Positions 60,446-64,000 of a DNA stretch of 64,000 bases are shown piece after piece (position 1 is the first letter of the stretch; each line of letters opens with the position of its first letter). The position numbers were made by a program, and so were the translations under genes. This DNA comes from Paecilomyces variotii (lineage: Eukaryota), in the NCBI GenBank assembly GCA_004022145.1, contig RCNU01000002.1; one strand, given 5' to 3'. The notes beneath the pieces were generated by a model, which worked only from the letters and a program-made list of their open reading frames with translations, was not told the origin of the DNA and did no database searches.

Positions 60446-63400
60446 GATGGCTCTTTCTTTTCTGCCTGCAGATAAAAGGAGAGTAGATAACGACTAATAG
60501 GGGCGAGGAGTCAGTATTAACCGTGACATATAGATCTCGCATTGGACCAAATGGGAAGTAAACTTACCTCAGATGACCTTTTCCAGATAAGAAGATTGAT
60601 AAATCTTCTATATAAACACTAGATTGTATATAGATATCAAACAGACACTGTTGTCATCGTTTGGCGAAACTGCAAGACGGCCCGAGATGGGGATGCAACA
60701 ATAATTTGTGAACGAAAGGTAACTCGGACAAGATGCGAGAAAGATGATGAGGGTTGATTTGAGCTCCCACTCCGGACAATCGACGCGTTTTGCAGAGGGG
60801 GAGCGGTCAAGCAAGTCCTAGAAGAAGGAGAGGAAGGTGGAGGAGGGAAGATCTGGAAAAGGAATCGAAGGGACCCAGATGTTTGGAGACCAGAGCAATG
60901 GGAGCGGATCCGTCCAGTGAACACCGCTAAAGGAGAGATCGGAGTCCTTAGGCGCCCCTGGAGCGATGACAGCTTTCTTAGGAGGCTCACGACCGGAGCC
61001 GTGGAGACTTGAAGAGGCGGTCGATGACGGATCGAATTGAGGCTTGACTGGCGCGAATCTCTCGAGAAAGCACGCGGGCCTAGTGGATCAGGATTGGATT
61101 GCTACCGGGCAACGCGACCATCACCAGATGCCTATTTGCATGAATGAAGCGGGGGGGAAACGAGAGTCGACGATGATGCACGAGTGAAAAGGAAAGAATT
61201 CGTTGTTGACGACAGAAGAGGGGGACCCAAGGTCAAGACTGGGCAGACAGGCACGCAGCACGCGCAGAACGAGGCGGACGACCACGAATTCCAGCACGAC
61301 TTGGCCAGGCACTGGAGAGAGCAGAAGGGAAGAGGGGGGGGCAGAAGAAGGATAGACGATCGACGAACGAAGAAGGAATGGGTAAGGGTCAGAGATCCAC
61401 TGAGCGAAATAGTCGTAGTTGGCTCGAACGGCGTTTGGAGACGCAGCAAGTGTGCTGTTCCAGAGTCAAATAGCAGTCAATAATACCAGCGTGTACCGGC
61501 AGGACTGCGTACAAGTCTCGGAAGATTTCCTCAGCGAAGGACCGGGATCACAGATAGTCGTGAACGGGGCAGGCCTGAGCTGAGGGTCATCCTAGAGTAG
61601 ATAGTCTTGCCTAAAATACTATTAGGGGGGAAGCCAACGGAGGAAAGGCGGATATGTGATTTGGCCTGGGAGAACGAGCGACGCAGGTGCAGATAAATTA
61701 TCGGGGTGCGTTGTTAGAGCGGAAGCTCAGGGCATAGGGAGATCTCAGTAGTGCTGGATGGAGCCTTAGGGGGGGGGAAGAAAAGAAGGGAGAGTCATTA
61801 CGAAGGCCTAATTAGCAGAGAGACTCAGTTTTACCCATATCTACTCTACGGAGGAGCAATTAACTAACTTACTTCAACTCTAGAGTCGAGCAACCAGCCT
61901 GTGAAGACGATACACGCGGGGCCCTGGCTGTCTAGTGCGCGCGACCAGGGGACAACGGAGGCCATTTAGCGTGGACGGGAAAGCTCCAGCAGAGCGTTGT
62001 GTGGCTCCCGGTACCGTATGTGACACGTCTGCGGTATGTATGTATCTACCGGCCGCCAGGGGAGCGTAAGGGACGAAGAGTGTGAGTTAATGAGGTATCT
62101 ACTCTCTCTACCTCCAGCTGCTCCCAGCCTGCGTGGCTCAGGCCACTCTGTTACAGGGTCCAGACGATCTTGTGAGTTAATAATTAGTTACGCTATATAA
62201 TAATACTTGTGACCAAGCAGAGGGTTTCTGGCCCCTCAAGCTCGAGTAAGCAACAGGAAAGCAGAAGGACAAGTTATCTACAATATAATAATTAGTCCAA
62301 CTGCAGTGCTGATGGTGCTGAATGCCTGATGCTGAATGCCGCAAGTAAGATGCGGAGCCTGCACAATCAGGTCACACCACAGGCAGGCTGGCAGACCTGA
62401 CAGCTTCAGGTGTGCGGCACCCAGAAATGGTCTTCCATGTGTACGCAGCACACTGGACCTTTTGGGTCCTGGACTAGAGTAAAGCTGCAGTGCTTGCCAT
62501 CCTTCACGGTAGACTACAGCTGCTCACAAATCTCGCGAATTATCAGCAGCGGGATGAGGAGGAAGCTCCCGGAATGGCTAAGACGGGATGTGTCGAGTCT
62601 CGACAAGAGCAATTCGCGTGCAAGTGATCTCCCAAACACTACTCGAAACAGCACAGGTACGATTGCGTACCGCCTCTGTATCAGACCCTGGCGGCCCGTA
62701 TCCATACACACAGTGGACCCGTTTTATTACACCATATTGTAACCACCGCTGCTCCGTCTCAGACGGCACTAGGCTGAATACATAATCATCAGTAATAAAT
62801 AATAAATAATAATATACCGACAGCGAGGCCGTTAACGGGAGCAGGGATTCCCGCTGCATGCCTCGCGAATAAAGTCGCTTATCTATCCTGGAACATTGCT
62901 TGTGATTATCTGCTTCGACATGGGAGTCAACACAGCAACATATGGTACAGGCAACAATATCAGATAACTAAGCAGGCACCGGTCCAGATGGTCTATCAGC
63001 CCCTCGTCCTTCTGTCGTTGATATCCTTGGCGATCAGCCTACCAGAGCGCGTGATGCTCCATTCCTGGCTGTCTCTGATACCGGATATGTGGGATGTGAT
63101 GACCCCGCGCCAGTGAAAACAATCATTGATTTCTCTATTTTTGCCTAAGCTAAGAAGCACTTCCAGATGGCCGAGAGGAACTTATTTCTCGACCGCCGTC
63201 ATGGTGGCGAATTGGCGTCGTCTCGTTGCCGGGGACCTCGGACACTGTTATGCTTATTATTTATGTTGATGGTGATGTTTGTGGCAACAAGCTCCCCGGG
63301 ATCGTCTGAGACTCTGAGATGAGCGACGCGCCACTTTTTGCAGCTTCTGACCTTCACACAACTCTCGTTTATCCATGCCCAACCTCTTCGCGACAGCGCC

Positions 63401-64000
63401 AGCAGCTGGTTGATGACCGGTCAGCGGATAATGCGCGAGTAACCATCTGATAGTCTCCGACAAAGCGCCCGTTTAATTGATATCAATATAAGTGGAAGGT
63501 TGCGCGCGCTCTTTCATGCTACTCGCGTTTTGTCTTGCTCTCATTTATGGGCGAAAAGGTCTACCCGGGATGGCACGAAATAGTGCCTCCTGTCCGGGGT
63601 TGTGTGTCCGTTCCTGGGCCGAGCCGTAATCTTACCTTGGGCAGCATCGCAGAACAAGGAAAAGCGTACGACAAAGAGGGCTAAAAGACAAGATGATCGG
63701 AGCGCGACCCATGGAAGCTGTTCACTCTGTGCCTGGCCTAAGACGATTGGGTAGATCCTAACGTGGATTCCGGATCCGTTCCCGACGGAAGACATTATTG
63801 GGTTCCTATCCCATTCTCTGGGTCTTTTCTTCACGGTCCGTCGTCGGGGAATGCGGATCTCCACAATATCAGGAACCGACTTGGTCTCTCAGATAGTGAA
63901 AACGGTTGGGCCAATTCGGACGGCCCGGTCGAAGTCGAGGGAAGTTTAAGGATCGTTAGGACTCGTTAGGACCCTCCGACCCAGGAATAGGGGCGCTAGA

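Overview
Eukaryotic, intron-containing DNA from a filamentous ascomycete. Gene content and splice signals point to Eurotiales; no species call is made. From about 10.9 kb onward it is mostly a core-gene neighbourhood: an FBXO31-like F-box gene, a 4-exon mitofissin (Atg44/Mdi1) gene missed by the ORF track, pyruvate kinase, mitochondrial PheRS, GrpE/Mge1, a Uds1-domain protein, calcipressin, ATE1, a DIPP-type Nudix hydrolase, RPB3, cytochrome c, RRP42, the Ime2/ImeB kinase and several conserved hypotheticals. The first ~10.5 kb looks accessory: an F-box pseudogene, a DUF3632 fragment, an intact HNH-nuclease gene between AT/TpA-rich (RIP-like) tracts and a frameshifted relic with a fresh internal duplication. 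An ~8 kb gene-poor block lies at 25.3-33.3 kb. The most interesting unexplained signals are at RNA level: a 21-bp long-range stem looping out most of cytochrome c intron 1, a branchpoint-to-3'ss hairpin in the mitofissin gene, and a candidate structured ncRNA / C/D-snoRNA-like locus downstream of pyruvate kinase. Gene models were assembled by eye from GT-AG and branchpoint signals. Family names come from motif recognition, not database searches.
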